Shown: positions 19,479 through 30,721, numbered from the stretch's first letter. The stretch is 64,000 nt of DNA from Patescibacteria group bacterium (GCA_049296775.1 JBAQTB010000001.1:96992-160991); one strand, 5' to 3'. The notes: a model not told the origin generated them from the sequence alone. Numbers and translations: made by a program.

Positions 19479-20267
19479 CTAAGCTCTAAATTCTTTCTTT
19501 TCTACCAATGAGATCCATTGCGTGATCGATAATTCTTCCGCTCTGGCGTGTTCGGATAAGCCTAGGTCGACCAGGTGAGTTTTAATGATATCGGAGGTGG
19601 CTAAACCGGCATCGGCTAAAGTGCGGTGCATCTGTTTACGCTTATGGGCAAAAGCTATTTTCGCCACGCCAATCACGGCTTCAGGCGCCTCAGACTTAGG
19701 ATTATGCGTCAATAATAAAATAATGCTGTCCACTTTGGGTGGCGGCACAAAGGCGCCCGGCTTAACCGTGGCGACCCGCTTAACGTCAGCGTACATTTGT
19801 ACGGCCACGGATAATAAACTCATGTCCGTAGGCTTGGCCAACATCTTCTCCCCCACTTCCCGCTGCAACATCACCACCTGCCGCTTGGGCGGATGCGCAC
19901 AAGTCAAAGCCTGACGAATGATAGCGTTACCCGCGTTATACGGTAAATTACCCACCAAAATCCAACCCTGATTAAACTCCGCCACCTTACTAGCCACTAG
20001 CTCCGCATAATCAACCTGGGCAGCATCAGCCTGGATGATTTGGGCTAACGGAAACTTAGACCGTAATTCTGGCAACAAATCTTTATCCGCCTCCACCAAA
20101 ATTAAACGTGAGCCTAGGTAGGCCAAATGCTCCGTCAACGCCCCGCGCCCTGGCCCAACTTCAACCACGATGTCCGTAGCCTCAATGGCGGCAGCGGCGA
20201 CAATTTTATCCAGCACCGTTTGATCCCGTAAAAAATGTTGGCCGAAAGACTTTTTGGCAAATAGCAT
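19479..20267 (-). CDS. rsmA: 16S rRNA (adenine1518-N6/adenine1519-N6)-dimethyltransferase
   Basis: GQHFLRD...VVEVGPGRGALTEHL SAM-binding motif and the NLPYN motif of KsgA/RsmA. Confidence 0.85.
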   Translation of the reverse strand: MLFAKKSFGQHFLRDQTVLDKIVAAAAIEATDIVVEVGPGRGALTEHLAYLGSRLILVEADKDLLPELRSKFPLAQIIQADAAQVDYAELVASKVAEFNQGWILVGNLPYNAGNAIIRQALTCAHPPKRQVVMLQREVGEKMLAKPTDMSLLSVAVQMYADVKRVATVKPGAFVPPPKVDSIILLLTHNPKSEAPEAVIGVAKIAFAHKRKQMHRTLADAGLATSDIIKTHLVDLGLSEHARAEELSITQWISLVEKKEFRA

Positions 20268-20280
20268 AAAACATCTCCGA

Positions 20281-20892
20281 CTAAAGAATTACGGCCCCTT
20301 GTCTTAAAACAATCACTTCATCACCCACCAAACTCACGGTGGTAGACGCGGGCACAACTGGCAAGTCGCCAGCATCTAACACGGCCCCGGGACCTAGGCC
20401 CTGCGCAAACTCCCGCAACAACTGAGCCACAGTATACGCGGCGGCTACACCTGACCGGTTGGCGCTCGTAGCCACGAGTGGCCGGCCAAGCAAGGCTGCG
20501 AGTTGATTAGCAATCGGGTGAGAGCTCTGCCTGACACACAGCGTGCCCTGCGTGGCGCACAGGTCAGAGACCGGTGAAGTCTCAGCCCCTGGCAAGACGA
20601 TGTTTAATGGGCCTGGCCAAAACTTATCTGCCAAAGTCTGAGCAGCCTCTGACCACTCCACATACTCCCCCGGTGCGGCTTGAGGCGGCAAAATTAATGG
20701 CGTGCCTTTACCTGTTGGCCGACCTTTAATCGCAAAAACTTGAGCCACAGCCTGAGCGTTTGTGGCATCGCAACCCAAGGCGTAAGAAGTTTCGGTGGGA
20801 AACACCAAGACTCCCCCATCTCGCATGAGCTGCACCGCTGCCTCCAAATTACTTGCCGAAATAATCTTTATACCAGGCATACGTTTGCTCAA
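20281..20892 (-). CDS. tsaC: L-threonylcarbamoyladenylate synthase TsaC/YrdC
   Basis: 203 aa. YrdC-domain motifs VLVFPTETSYALGCDATN and KGRP..KGTPLIL. Too short for a Sua5-type protein. Confidence 0.75.
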   Translation of the reverse strand: MSKRMPGIKIISASNLEAAVQLMRDGGVLVFPTETSYALGCDATNAQAVAQVFAIKGRPTGKGTPLILPPQAAPGEYVEWSEAAQTLADKFWPGPLNIVLPGAETSPVSDLCATQGTLCVRQSSHPIANQLAALLGRPLVATSANRSGVAAAYTVAQLLREFAQGLGPGAVLDAGDLPVVPASTTVSLVGDEVIVLRQGAVIL

Positions 20893-21805
20893 GGCCAGTC
20901 TTAAACGGAACTTTAGCCTGCCAATTCAAAAGCTTCTTAGCTGTACCCGGGTGAATCACACTGTGCATGACCTCGCCTTTACGGTACGGTAAATTAATCA
21001 CCGGATGAATAGAACCGTGGATCTCGGTCAAGGCGGCATACAAGCCAGTCACAGTCGTCGCTTTACCGGTACCCACGTTCACTGCCCCCACGAATGGTTG
21101 ATCAAAAGATTTGAGAATGGCTTGAATAGCGTCATCAATATACAAAAAATCTCGTGAAGACGTACCGTCACCAAAAATCGTAATCGGCTCACCGGTGACT
21201 AGCATGCGATCCAGAAACAACGAGATAACGTTTCCCTCGCCCACTGGCTTGGTGACCTGCTGCCTAGCCCCAAACAGATTAGAAAATCTCAAACTGACAT
21301 AATCCAAACCATGTTGCTGTTTGAAATAATGCAAATAACGTTCAAAGGATTGCTTAGCGACTCCGTAAGGGCTGAGCGGCTGAGCGTTATCCAATAACGG
21401 CGTGGGACGCTTAGGGTGATCGCCATAAATAGCTCCACCGGAAGAAGCAAAAACAAGCTTTCTGACCCCAGCCGCACTAGCACTCTGCAATAACTGCAAG
21501 GAATCGAGAATGTTGCGTTCCGCATCCATGACAGGATTTTCAATTGACCTGGTCACGCTAATCTGAGCCGCCAAATGTGCAATCGCATCCGGACGTTCCG
21601 CTAACAACACTTCTTTCATCTGCGGATCGCCAAAAGCGATCGGGTAAAAAATCGCTTTGGGATTAGGGAAACGGTGCTTGTTCTTTTGCCTGTGGTCAAC
21701 CACCACCACCGCATCACCACGCGCAATCAAGGCATCCACCAAATGTGAACCCAAAAAACCCTCACCGCCCGTCACTAAGACTTTCATACCTGACTGCGAT
21801 ACCAC
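20849..21805 (-). CDS. NAD-dependent nucleotide-sugar epimerase/dehydratase (SDR family, GalE-like)
   Basis: Rossmann motif VLVTGGEGFLGSHLVDAL and a YxxxK catalytic region. Confidence 0.7.
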   Translation of the reverse strand: MVSQSGMKVLVTGGEGFLGSHLVDALIARGDAVVVVDHRQKNKHRFPNPKAIFYPIAFGDPQMKEVLLAERPDAIAHLAAQISVTRSIENPVMDAERNILDSLQLLQSASAAGVRKLVFASSGGAIYGDHPKRPTPLLDNAQPLSPYGVAKQSFERYLHYFKQQHGLDYVSLRFSNLFGARQQVTKPVGEGNVISLFLDRMLVTGEPITIFGDGTSSRDFLYIDDAIQAILKSFDQPFVGAVNVGTGKATTVTGLYAALTEIHGSIHPVINLPYRKGEVMHSVIHPGTAKKLLNWQAKVPFKTGLEQTYAWYKDYFGK

Positions 21806-22701
21806 TTCAAAGTCTGTTTCAAGCCCTTGGCTAACTTAATTTTAGGCTTCCAACCCAATTCCTTTTTAGCTTTAACAGAGGATAAAACTACCGCTCTCAC
21901 GGCGTCCTTAACTTCCGGGCGTGGTACCGGCATGAGCTTAGACTCCAAATCACGAGCAATCAATGTAAAGAGATCCTGCGTGCTGGTACCCACTTTGGTA
22001 GCGCAATTAAATACGCCACTCACCTCAGACGTAGCGGCCTGTAAAAAGGCGGCTACCACATCACTCACGTGAATGTAATCCCGCAAAGTTTGCCCGTCAT
22101 TGTTCATGAACGGTGCTTGTCCGGCTAGCAACTTGTTGGTGAAAATCGCAATGGCTCCGCTCTCTTTGCTCCCCTCCTGTCTTGGCCCATAAATATTTGC
22201 AATCCGGAAAGCTACAAACGGCAAAGCGTACTGATTGTAATAAAAATGCAAATACTGCTCGCCCGTTAATTTAGAAATGGCGTACGGAGTCAATGGCTTA
22301 GGTACAACCTTTTCCGTGGTTGGCAGCTTGTCGACCTGGCCGTAAACCACACTGGTAGAAGCGAAGATGATTTTTTTGACTTGTGATAATCTAGCTGCCT
22401 CAAACACGCGGAGTGAGCCGATGACGTTATGTTCTGTAGTCAAAATTGGCTCCGTCACAGACGTTCTGTCATCAATATACGCTGCCAAATGAAAGACCAC
22501 CTCCGGCTTAGCCGCAGCAAAAATCTCATCCAAACCAGCCGTCCGGATATCGTGAGTAATGTAAGTAGCCTGAAGATTCCGGTGACGCGGTTCAGCGATA
22601 TCAATCACCGTCACCTTCACACCCTGCTCAACCAAAGTATCCACCAAGTGAGAACCCACAAAACCCGCTCCACCCGTCACAATTGCTGTTGAAAATTGCA
22701 T
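21784..22701 (-). CDS. NAD-dependent nucleotide-sugar epimerase/dehydratase (SDR family), second paralog
   Basis: IVTGGAGFVGSHLVDTL Rossmann motif and ...YAISKLTGEQ (YxxxK). Confidence 0.7.
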   Translation of the reverse strand: MQFSTAIVTGGAGFVGSHLVDTLVEQGVKVTVIDIAEPRHRNLQATYITHDIRTAGLDEIFAAAKPEVVFHLAAYIDDRTSVTEPILTTEHNVIGSLRVFEAARLSQVKKIIFASTSVVYGQVDKLPTTEKVVPKPLTPYAISKLTGEQYLHFYYNQYALPFVAFRIANIYGPRQEGSKESGAIAIFTNKLLAGQAPFMNNDGQTLRDYIHVSDVVAAFLQAATSEVSGVFNCATKVGTSTQDLFTLIARDLESKLMPVPRPEVKDAVRAVVLSSVKAKKELGWKPKIKLAKGLKQTLKWYRSQV

Positions 22702-22714
22702 AAGCTAATTCAAT

Positions 22715-23824
22715 TTAAGCGCGTCCCTCTACGTCCTGACGTAAAAATGCTTCCATGAATAATTTCAGCTCGCCGTTTAAAACGGCCTCAATGTCCACTG
22801 TCTCCTGATGTGTCCGATGATCTTTAACTAACTTGTACGGATGCAGCACGTAACTTCTGATCTGGTTGCCCCAAGCAGCGGTTTTATGCTCACCCTTGAG
22901 GTCAGAAATCTTCTCCGCTCTAGCCTCAACCATCAACCGGAACAGCTTAGACTTGAGGACACGCATGGCGGTTTCGCGATTCTGTAACTGCGAGCGTTCA
23001 TTCTGACAAGACACGGAAATACTCGTGGGCAAGTGTGTAATTCTGACCGCTGAATACGTGGTATTCACACTTTGTCCCCCTTTGCCAGAAGATAAGAAAG
23101 TATCAACCCGGAGATCATCCACCGGAATGTCTAAGGCCTTTTCATCGACCTCATCAAACTCAGGGATAACTTCCGCTAACGCAAAAGTGGTATGCCGCAT
23201 CTGCTCTGCATCAAAAGGAGAAATTCGCACCAATCTATGCACGCCGTACTCCGACCGTAACCAACCATACGCGAAACGGCCCCTAACTGCAATTGTGACA
23301 CTCTTATAGCCAGTTTCTTCCGCTCTAGACTCTTCCAGGATTTCGACCTTCCAACCGTGACCTTCAGCGAATCTGGTGTACATGCGCAAGAGCATCGCCA
23401 CCCAATCATTCGCATCTGTACCACCCGCCCCCGCATGCAATGACATGATGGCATTGCGATTATCAAACTCACCAGACAATAACATCTGGAACTCCATGTC
23501 AGAAAATTGTGTTTCTAGTTTGACTAAATTCTGCTCGCTTTCTTGTTTTAACTCGCTATCCTGTTCTTTATCCGCTAGCTCAACGAGCTCTTTAACGTCC
23601 TGCAAAGACACTTTAAAACCGTCCCACAACTCTAACTCCTTAGTTAAATCAGCAGCTTCTTGTGAAAGCTTACGGGCCTCAGACTGGTCATTCCAAAAGG
23701 CTGGCTCCTGCATAATCGCCTGCAACTCAGCGGCTCTAGCTCTGGACTCCTCTAAACGCAAAGCTGTCCAAGCGGCCGCCAGGCGTGATTCAACGGCAAG
23801 AATACGATCAACTAAATGAGACAT
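22715..23824 (-). CDS. prfB: Peptide chain release factor 2
   Basis: SPF tripeptide (RISPFDAEQ) and GGQ motif (SGKGGQSVNTT). The ORF is a contiguous 369 aa with no programmed +1 frameshift site. Confidence 0.85.
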   Translation of the reverse strand: MSHLVDRILAVESRLAAAWTALRLEESRARAAELQAIMQEPAFWNDQSEARKLSQEAADLTKELELWDGFKVSLQDVKELVELADKEQDSELKQESEQNLVKLETQFSDMEFQMLLSGEFDNRNAIMSLHAGAGGTDANDWVAMLLRMYTRFAEGHGWKVEILEESRAEETGYKSVTIAVRGRFAYGWLRSEYGVHRLVRISPFDAEQMRHTTFALAEVIPEFDEVDEKALDIPVDDLRVDTFLSSGKGGQSVNTTYSAVRITHLPTSISVSCQNERSQLQNRETAMRVLKSKLFRLMVEARAEKISDLKGEHKTAAWGNQIRSYVLHPYKLVKDHRTHQETVDIEAVLNGELKLFMEAFLRQDVEGRA

Positions 23825-23826
23825 GT

Positions 23827-24183
23827 TTAGAATTTGAGTCGTTTAGCGTAACCGCCTAGCACTGGCAACTCCCAGCACTCACCTTGCAACGCTTTGATAG
23901 CTCCCACCAAAACTATCACCCCAAAGATCGTGTTCAGTACCATGGCAATGAAGATACCCACGGGGAGTATAAAGATCGTCAGAGCCGGCCCAATAATCGT
24001 CAGCACTACAGACACGACTGTCAGCACCAAGCCCTGACGCGCGTGAAAGATCAAGAAATCACCTTTGTCCTTCATGAGCAATGGAATGAAACACAGAAAC
24101 GGTACATAGCCCAAAGCCGCCAGCCACAGACGCTTAGTCTCTGGCTTATCCGTTTGATCAACAACTTTGGGCTGGTCTTCCAT
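23827..24183 (-). CDS. Small membrane protein (DUF4870-like, 2-3 TM)
   Basis: 118 aa with hydrophobic helices LWLAALGYVPFLCFIPLLM and LVLTVVSVVLTIIGPALTIFILPVGIFIAMVL. Confidence 0.4.
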   Translation of the reverse strand: MEDQPKVVDQTDKPETKRLWLAALGYVPFLCFIPLLMKDKGDFLIFHARQGLVLTVVSVVLTIIGPALTIFILPVGIFIAMVLNTIFGVIVLVGAIKALQGECWELPVLGGYAKRLKF

Positions 24184-24195
24184 AGCTATAGTGTA

Positions 24196-25830
<1,635 letters not shown>

Positions 25831-25841
25831 TTAGAACTTAA

Positions 25842-26147
25842 TTAAACAACTACCGCCATGACCTCATCAGCGTTCACGATCAAGTATTTCACTGATTCAC
25901 CGGCCGGGTTCTTTAATTCGATTTCATCTGGAGCGTATTTCTTGAACACAACCTCATCACCGGCCTGAACATCAATCGGCTGTCTGGTGCCATTATCTAG
26001 AACTTTGCCCGGACCAACAGCGACCACTGTACCGCGCTCTGGGCGCTCTTTGTCAGCCGTATCTGGGATGATAATGCCAAGGGCGGTGGTGGTCTCTTTA
26101 GGGGCGACAGCGAGAATGATGTGATTGCCTAATGGTTTCAATTGCAT
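25842..26147 (-). CDS. groS: Co-chaperonin GroES. The ATG at 26147 (MQLKPLGNHII) is preferred over the longer ORF starting at 26189.
   Basis: LKPLGNHIILAV...GIIIPDTADKERPERGTVVAVGPG is the GroES mobile-loop region. Sits directly upstream of groL. Confidence 0.85.
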   Translation of the reverse strand: MQLKPLGNHIILAVAPKETTTALGIIIPDTADKERPERGTVVAVGPGKVLDNGTRQPIDVQAGDEVVFKKYAPDEIELKNPAGESVKYLIVNADEVMAVVV

Positions 26148-26256
26148 ACGTAAGATTTTATCAATTTCTCTCTCAAAATTAGCACTCAAACAGGTAGAGT
26201 GTCAACCGTGAAGAGTAAAAGCCAAAGATAAGAGCCGGTCCAGCTGGACCGGCTCA

Positions 26257-26592
26257 CTAGACCTCCTCTTTCGCCTTAGCTACATACCGCTTCCGGCCCA
26301 GCAAGAAAGCTACAGAGTGGCCATAATTAACCCGAAGCTGCCACTGCACACGAGACAACTCGTCGCCATACTGGGTACGAATAGCCAGTAATGGGTCTTC
26401 GAATGACCCAATCTTGAGCGGCACCACTCTCAAGATACCTCCATTCAACGAGAACACGTACAACGGAGCGCCACGGAGACCTCCGGGACGCCTCAGCCAA
26501 AAACGCGGCGGACTCGGAGCGATCACCAGAACGTCTCCAGGCAAGAGGTCAGTGGCCACATAACCGTCAGCCTCTTTCAGAAAAACCTTCAT
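26257..26592 (-). CDS. Hypothetical protein of 111 aa in a GC-rich mini-cluster
   Basis: ORF with GC-rich codon usage and no recognisable motif. Confidence 0.35.
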   Translation of the reverse strand: MKVFLKEADGYVATDLLPGDVLVIAPSPPRFWLRRPGGLRGAPLYVFSLNGGILRVVPLKIGSFEDPLLAIRTQYGDELSRVQWQLRVNYGHSVAFLLGRKRYVAKAKEEV

Positions 26593-26643
26593 TACAACCT
26601 CCAGCCACGACTTAGCGATCGTGCCAAGAAATGTTTGGAAGAG

Positions 26644-26994
26644 TTACAGCCGCTTCCGCACGATTGAGCCCGTAGTGTGAGCGGTCAAATGAGCCTCCCA
26701 AACCCCGTACTCAAATGCGGTCACCAGCATCTTAGCGCAAGATTCATCCGTCATCCACGCACCAGTGTCTTCCCAATGATTGGTGTAAACAGTGCGAAGG
26801 CCACTCTCCAAAACGTAGCTATCAACACGTACGCCATCGCTGATAAACGAAGTTTTGCGCACCTCGACTCCGTGCTCGTCATCCGGCAAGCCGTCCTCAC
26901 GAACCAACCTGCCCTCAGCGTTAACCTCATACTTTATGAGAGCGCTGCGTGTCGTGACACGGTAGAACATTTTCTTCTGATTCTGATCTGGCAT
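26644..26994 (-). CDS. Hypothetical small protein, paralog A of a tandem pair
   Basis: 116 aa. FYRVTTRSALIKYEVNAEGRLVREDGLPDDEHGVEVRK...WMTDESCAKM aligns residue-by-residue with the ORF at 27139-27468. The RBS GGAGG lies 5 nt upstream. Confidence 0.55.
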   Translation of the reverse strand: MPDQNQKKMFYRVTTRSALIKYEVNAEGRLVREDGLPDDEHGVEVRKTSFISDGVRVDSYVLESGLRTVYTNHWEDTGAWMTDESCAKMLVTAFEYGVWEAHLTAHTTGSIVRKRL

Positions 26995-27010
26995 CACGCC
27001 TCCAAAGTTA

Positions 27011-27030
27011 TTCCAACCTGAATGTTGGAA
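27011..27030. promoter_or_regulatory. Perfect 7-bp inverted repeat TTCCAAC-N6-GTTGGAA upstream of paralog A, a putative operator or RNA hairpin
   Basis: A conserved about 70-nt block recurs upstream of paralog B: inverted repeat, then AACCTAACATA, then ACGTCTAG. Confidence 0.5.
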
Positions 27031-27138
27031 GGGTCAACCTAACATAAAGGCAGGTTTACGTCTAGACTAAACGCTCTTCCCACGGCAAAACTTAGCCAAA
27101 AAAATACGGCCCCACCCCGCTCGGGTGAGGCCTGAAGA

Positions 27139-27468
27139 CTAATGCTCGGTAGCGTAAATGCTCTGGCGACCGCGGTAAAACGCGATACCCGCAATCTTGG
27201 CGCAGGCCTCGCTGGTCATCCAGAGCCCGGTCAGGCTCCAGACGTTCATCACGACAGGCCGTCCCGAGCTAAGAACCAACGTGTAATGATGAACGTAACC
27301 ATCGTTAACGAGCGTCGCGTGTTGAGACTGGCGCGCCTCCACACCGTGAGCGTCGTCCTCGAGGCCGCCTTGACGGATCAAGCGACCGGACGCATTGACC
27401 TCGTAAGTTACGAGATCGCCTGCTGGCGTCAACCGGTAGAACAAATGCTTCACCTCCTCAACCTTCAT
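27139..27468 (-). CDS. Hypothetical small protein, paralog B of a tandem pair. The ATG at 27468 is preferred; the longer ORF to 27585 would run through the conserved upstream module.
   Basis: MKVEEVKHLFYRLTPAGDLVTYEVNASGRLIRQGGLEDDAHGVEARQ...WMTSEACAKI is homologous to paralog A. The RBS GGGGGTGG is upstream of the ATG. Confidence 0.55.
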   Translation of the reverse strand: MKVEEVKHLFYRLTPAGDLVTYEVNASGRLIRQGGLEDDAHGVEARQSQHATLVNDGYVHHYTLVLSSGRPVVMNVWSLTGLWMTSEACAKIAGIAFYRGRQSIYATEH

Positions 27469-27486
27469 GCACCACCCCCAAATCTG

Positions 27487-27506
27487 TTCCAACTGAAGTG
27501 TTGGAA
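27487..27506. promoter_or_regulatory. Second copy of the TTCCAAC-N6-GTTGGAA inverted repeat, upstream of paralog B
   Basis: Identical half-sites and an identical downstream AACCTAACATA ... ACGTCTAG block to the copy at 27011-27075. Confidence 0.5.
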
Positions 27507-27538
27507 CGTATAAACCTAACATATAATCGTATTCACGT

Positions 27539-28834
27539 CTAGTCTGAGCTAGGCTCGCCGGCACGCAATAAGAATGAGGCAACAATAGTCGCTAACACTA
27601 AACCGGACCAGTTTGACCACAAATAATGGTCGAAAAAGATAATTACAAACAATACTTTACCTAATCCATGAGCCAAAGCCGCGTCCGGATGAGGAAAACG
27701 AGAAAAATTAAGTCGATCCAAAGCGATCATCCAGCCGATCAAGGCCAACAAGCCAAGTACACCGACCTCAGATAACACCAAGAGCGGCACGTTATGAATG
27801 GGTTGATACTCCCAAACGCTCTTGTTTGGGTGCAGATCGGCCTGAGTAAATACATAGTTACGCGGGCCATGACCAAAAGCTAAAGTCTGCCAACTGAGCG
27901 TGGCGGGAAAATCTTGATATTGAATGACACGCTCACTGAGGGAACGAGTTTCCAATTCTCCCCCACCTCGCAGGCTAGCTGCCAAACCCGGAGCCAAGAG
28001 CGTTACGCTAAGTGCCGCACCAATGACAGTGACAGCGATTGGCATGACTAATTTACGTACCACCGTCGTCGGCCGAAAATATCTGACCAATAGCCACAAA
28101 CCGCCGCCCAGCAAACACCCGAGCAAAGCCGAACGGGATGCTGTTAACGCCAAGCCGAAAGCCAAAATAAAACACAGTGGCCACTGAAAATGCTTGAGCC
28201 TAGTCGCTAGTCCAGACATCGCCAACAAAAATCCAACTGCTAAATAACCGCCAAAGATATTCGGGTGTGAGAATGAACCGTAAGCTCGCAACATACGTTG
28301 ACCGTCCGGTGCTTGCCAAACAGCATCGCCTAGCGCTTCAGCACTCCGCGGTGCCAAGCCCAGCCATTTTGACGCACCAGACTCTCCAACTATGACTTGA
28401 TAAAGTCCAAGCGCAATCGGCAAGAGTAAACCCAGAACAAAACCGCTCATGACCACCGGTAAATTAACGCGCTTATCCAGTAAGGCGATAAAAATTAGTC
28501 CGGCGAAGCTAAAATCAATCAGCCAAGCCAAAGCTGGGATGGACACCGCCACCATCACGCTTGAAATGACAGCGATCACACCCACCACCCCAGCCCAACC
28601 AAGCGCCGTACGATATTGGCTGTTGATCCTAGGCCAACCGTGCCATAAGTACACCCCCAACAGCGCACACAACACCCCAGCCTGAGTGGCGTACAGGCTA
28701 ATAATGCCAAACGGGGTAAACGACCCAGACAACCATGACCAACCAAAAATGTATCTGGTCTGCCATGGCAACAAAAACATGAAGACCGTCAAAATACCTG
28801 TAGGCGTCCAGAGCTGATTCAACCAAGTCTTCAT
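27539..28834 (-). CDS. O-antigen ligase (Wzy_C/RfaL) family polytopic membrane protein
   Basis: About 10 TM helices and an external loop RAYGSFSHPNIFGGYLAVG...SRSALLG, typical of O-antigen ligase/polymerase-like proteins. Confidence 0.6.
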   Translation of the reverse strand: MKTWLNQLWTPTGILTVFMFLLPWQTRYIFGWSWLSGSFTPFGIISLYATQAGVLCALLGVYLWHGWPRINSQYRTALGWAGVVGVIAVISSVMVAVSIPALAWLIDFSFAGLIFIALLDKRVNLPVVMSGFVLGLLLPIALGLYQVIVGESGASKWLGLAPRSAEALGDAVWQAPDGQRMLRAYGSFSHPNIFGGYLAVGFLLAMSGLATRLKHFQWPLCFILAFGLALTASRSALLGCLLGGGLWLLVRYFRPTTVVRKLVMPIAVTVIGAALSVTLLAPGLAASLRGGGELETRSLSERVIQYQDFPATLSWQTLAFGHGPRNYVFTQADLHPNKSVWEYQPIHNVPLLVLSEVGVLGLLALIGWMIALDRLNFSRFPHPDAALAHGLGKVLFVIIFFDHYLWSNWSGLVLATIVASFLLRAGEPSSD

Positions 28835-29727
28835 ACCTTTGTCATATGTTCCTCAAGACTAGCAGCAATCAAACGCCTAGCATCTTGCTCATGAAATTTG
28901 AGCATGTTGTCAGTCACGACTACCCTAGAATCAACGTTCATAAGGGCACGGATACTAGCTGGGAAACGCTCTAGCTGCAATTGTCTGGCTAAATGCTCAG
29001 ACAGTGGTAGCCACGGCCAACGCCACCACACACTCGTCTTAAATCGGTTAGCACGTTGTACTGGTAAGGCATGTGGCAGATCAGCCGTTAACCAATCATT
29101 GTGCACATTAAATTTCTCTACCCAACCGCGTCTATCCAATAACGGTACCAAAGACCGGCACCAGTAAGCTAAATACGGATCAGACTGATCGATCTTCAAA
29201 GTTTCAAAAGCTAAAGCTGTCTCCGTACAAAAGAAACTCAGACACACTGGATCAAGCGCAAGTTCTCCGGGACGCTGCTTAAATAAAATCGCTGGTAACG
29301 TGCTTAGCAACCTACCCGTCCAAACCCGGCCAGGCTTAGTGATGATAAACAGGTCGATATCGCTGTCTGGGGTGGTTTGGTACCAAGACAAACTATTACA
29401 AATAGCTACGCCCTCAATCCAGGGCAACCGGCCGAGCCACTGCACGATTTTTTCGGCCTTAGCGTACTTTCTAACGGCATCTAAAAATCTTTCATGCCTG
29501 GTTTGGGCCCAAGCTTCAGTGGTGCCTAAGCTGTAAAAACTTTGAAACACGTTCAACTTAGTCTGCAGCCAACCTGAAGTCGACAACGCCTCCGTCACCT
29601 CAGCTAAACTCACAGACTGCTCTGGCTGGAGCAGCCACTTCCAAACCTCAAAAGCCGTGAGCGGATATTTAAAATACGCAAAGTATCCCAGAGTACGGTA
29701 AATGCTCAGCTCAAGAGTGCTTGGCAT
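28831..29727 (-). CDS. Hypothetical protein, possibly with a nucleotidyltransferase fold
   Basis: TPDSDIDLFIITKPGRVWTGRL resembles a GS..DxD nucleotidyltransferase core. Trp-rich. The 4-nt overlap suggests coupling with the ligase-like gene. Confidence 0.3.
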   Translation of the reverse strand: MPSTLELSIYRTLGYFAYFKYPLTAFEVWKWLLQPEQSVSLAEVTEALSTSGWLQTKLNVFQSFYSLGTTEAWAQTRHERFLDAVRKYAKAEKIVQWLGRLPWIEGVAICNSLSWYQTTPDSDIDLFIITKPGRVWTGRLLSTLPAILFKQRPGELALDPVCLSFFCTETALAFETLKIDQSDPYLAYWCRSLVPLLDRRGWVEKFNVHNDWLTADLPHALPVQRANRFKTSVWWRWPWLPLSEHLARQLQLERFPASIRALMNVDSRVVVTDNMLKFHEQDARRLIAASLEEHMTKV

Positions 29728-30721
29728 AAATAACTTTCTCCCCCCTGAACACGGCGTGAATCACGCCGATAGCAATAAACAACAGGTCCCTGGCCCGCAC
29801 AATCATGGTGAAGGCGATCGGGTTGATGCCAATGCCCAAAAGCGCAAACATGGCGGCGTTACTCCCCTCAAACACACCAATCCCGGCTGGAATCGGCAAC
29901 AACAAAGCTACGCCTGGCAAAGTGCTCATTAAGAACGCATCACGGACGGTGATATCAAAGCCAAAGAAGTGACTAATGAAAGTCACTTCTACCGCTCTGA
30001 AGGCTGTCATGACAAATGACAAACCAACAATGAAGAAAATCTTGGCACGCTTGCCTACAAAAAACTTCGTCATCAAACGCTCTGTGCCCTCTAACCAAAC
30101 TTCGAAATTTTTAACCGGTTTAAACCTGGACAAGCCTGTGACGCCAAGAATCCGGTGAAAGAAGCCCGCGCCCGAAACCGTGAAGACGAAAAAGCTGCCA
30201 AACACCGCCAACAGAATCAGAATGAACACGAGCGGCAGCATCAGTCCCCCACCTGCCCCGAGTCCCTGGGCAAAGGCCAAGCCTAAACCGGCCATGACGT
30301 AAACAATAAACGAGGTAATTTCAAAAGCTAAATCCAGGACCACGGAACTAGTCGCTGGTTGCAGGGGCACGCCGTCAGCCCGCACCATCGCCACTCTGAT
30401 AGGCTCACCCGCCACCTGAGCGGCTGGCGTTAAGTAACCGGCCGCAAAGCCACTCATGCGGTGCATGAACAACTTCACAAAGCCTATGCGTTGCTGAGGC
30501 GGGACCATGTCATCCAAGATCAACTTCCAACGCCAAGTGTATAACGCAAAATTGACGAAAGAGATCCCAATAAAACCAAGGAGCGGTGCCAGACCGAACA
30601 ACAACAAATTATCCAACAAATTCTGCGGGCCAGTCTGTTTAATGAGTGCAAACAGCAAGCCGCCACCGAGCAATAAACCGGCTAGTAAAAAAACTCGACT
30701 CAATAAGCGACGGTTAGCCAT
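29711..30721 (-). CDS. Lysylphosphatidylglycerol-synthase-TM-like / flippase-like membrane protein (UPF0104)
   Basis: About 8 TM helices with a Gly-rich N-terminal helix. The PGxxxP-like pattern matches the LPG_synthase_TM family. Confidence 0.45.
   Translation of the reverse strand: MANRRLLSRVFLLAGLLLGGGLLFALIKQTGPQNLLDNLLLFGLAPLLGFIGISFVNFALYTWRWKLILDDMVPPQQRIGFVKLFMHRMSGFAAGYLTPAAQVAGEPIRVAMVRADGVPLQPATSSVVLDLAFEITSFIVYVMAGLGLAFAQGLGAGGGLMLPLVFILILLAVFGSFFVFTVSGAGFFHRILGVTGLSRFKPVKNFEVWLEGTERLMTKFFVGKRAKIFFIVGLSFVMTAFRAVEVTFISHFFGFDITVRDAFLMSTLPGVALLLPIPAGIGVFEGSNAAMFALLGIGINPIAFTMIVRARDLLFIAIGVIHAVFRGEKVIYAKHS

Noticed and set aside
22715-23824. Possible programmed +1 frameshift in prfB
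   Set aside because: The RF2 ORF is continuous from its N-terminus, with no in-frame UGA near codon 25. This also argues against UGA recoding in this organism.
26148-26189. 14-codon N-terminal extension of groES
   Set aside because: GroES homologs start at MQLKPLGN. The extension has no RBS support.
27469-27585. N-terminal extension of paralog B (MLPHSYCVPASLAQTRREYDYMLGLYVPTLQLEQIWGWC)
   Set aside because: It runs through the conserved upstream regulatory module shared with paralog A. Homology between the paralogs starts at MKVEEV/MMPDQN.
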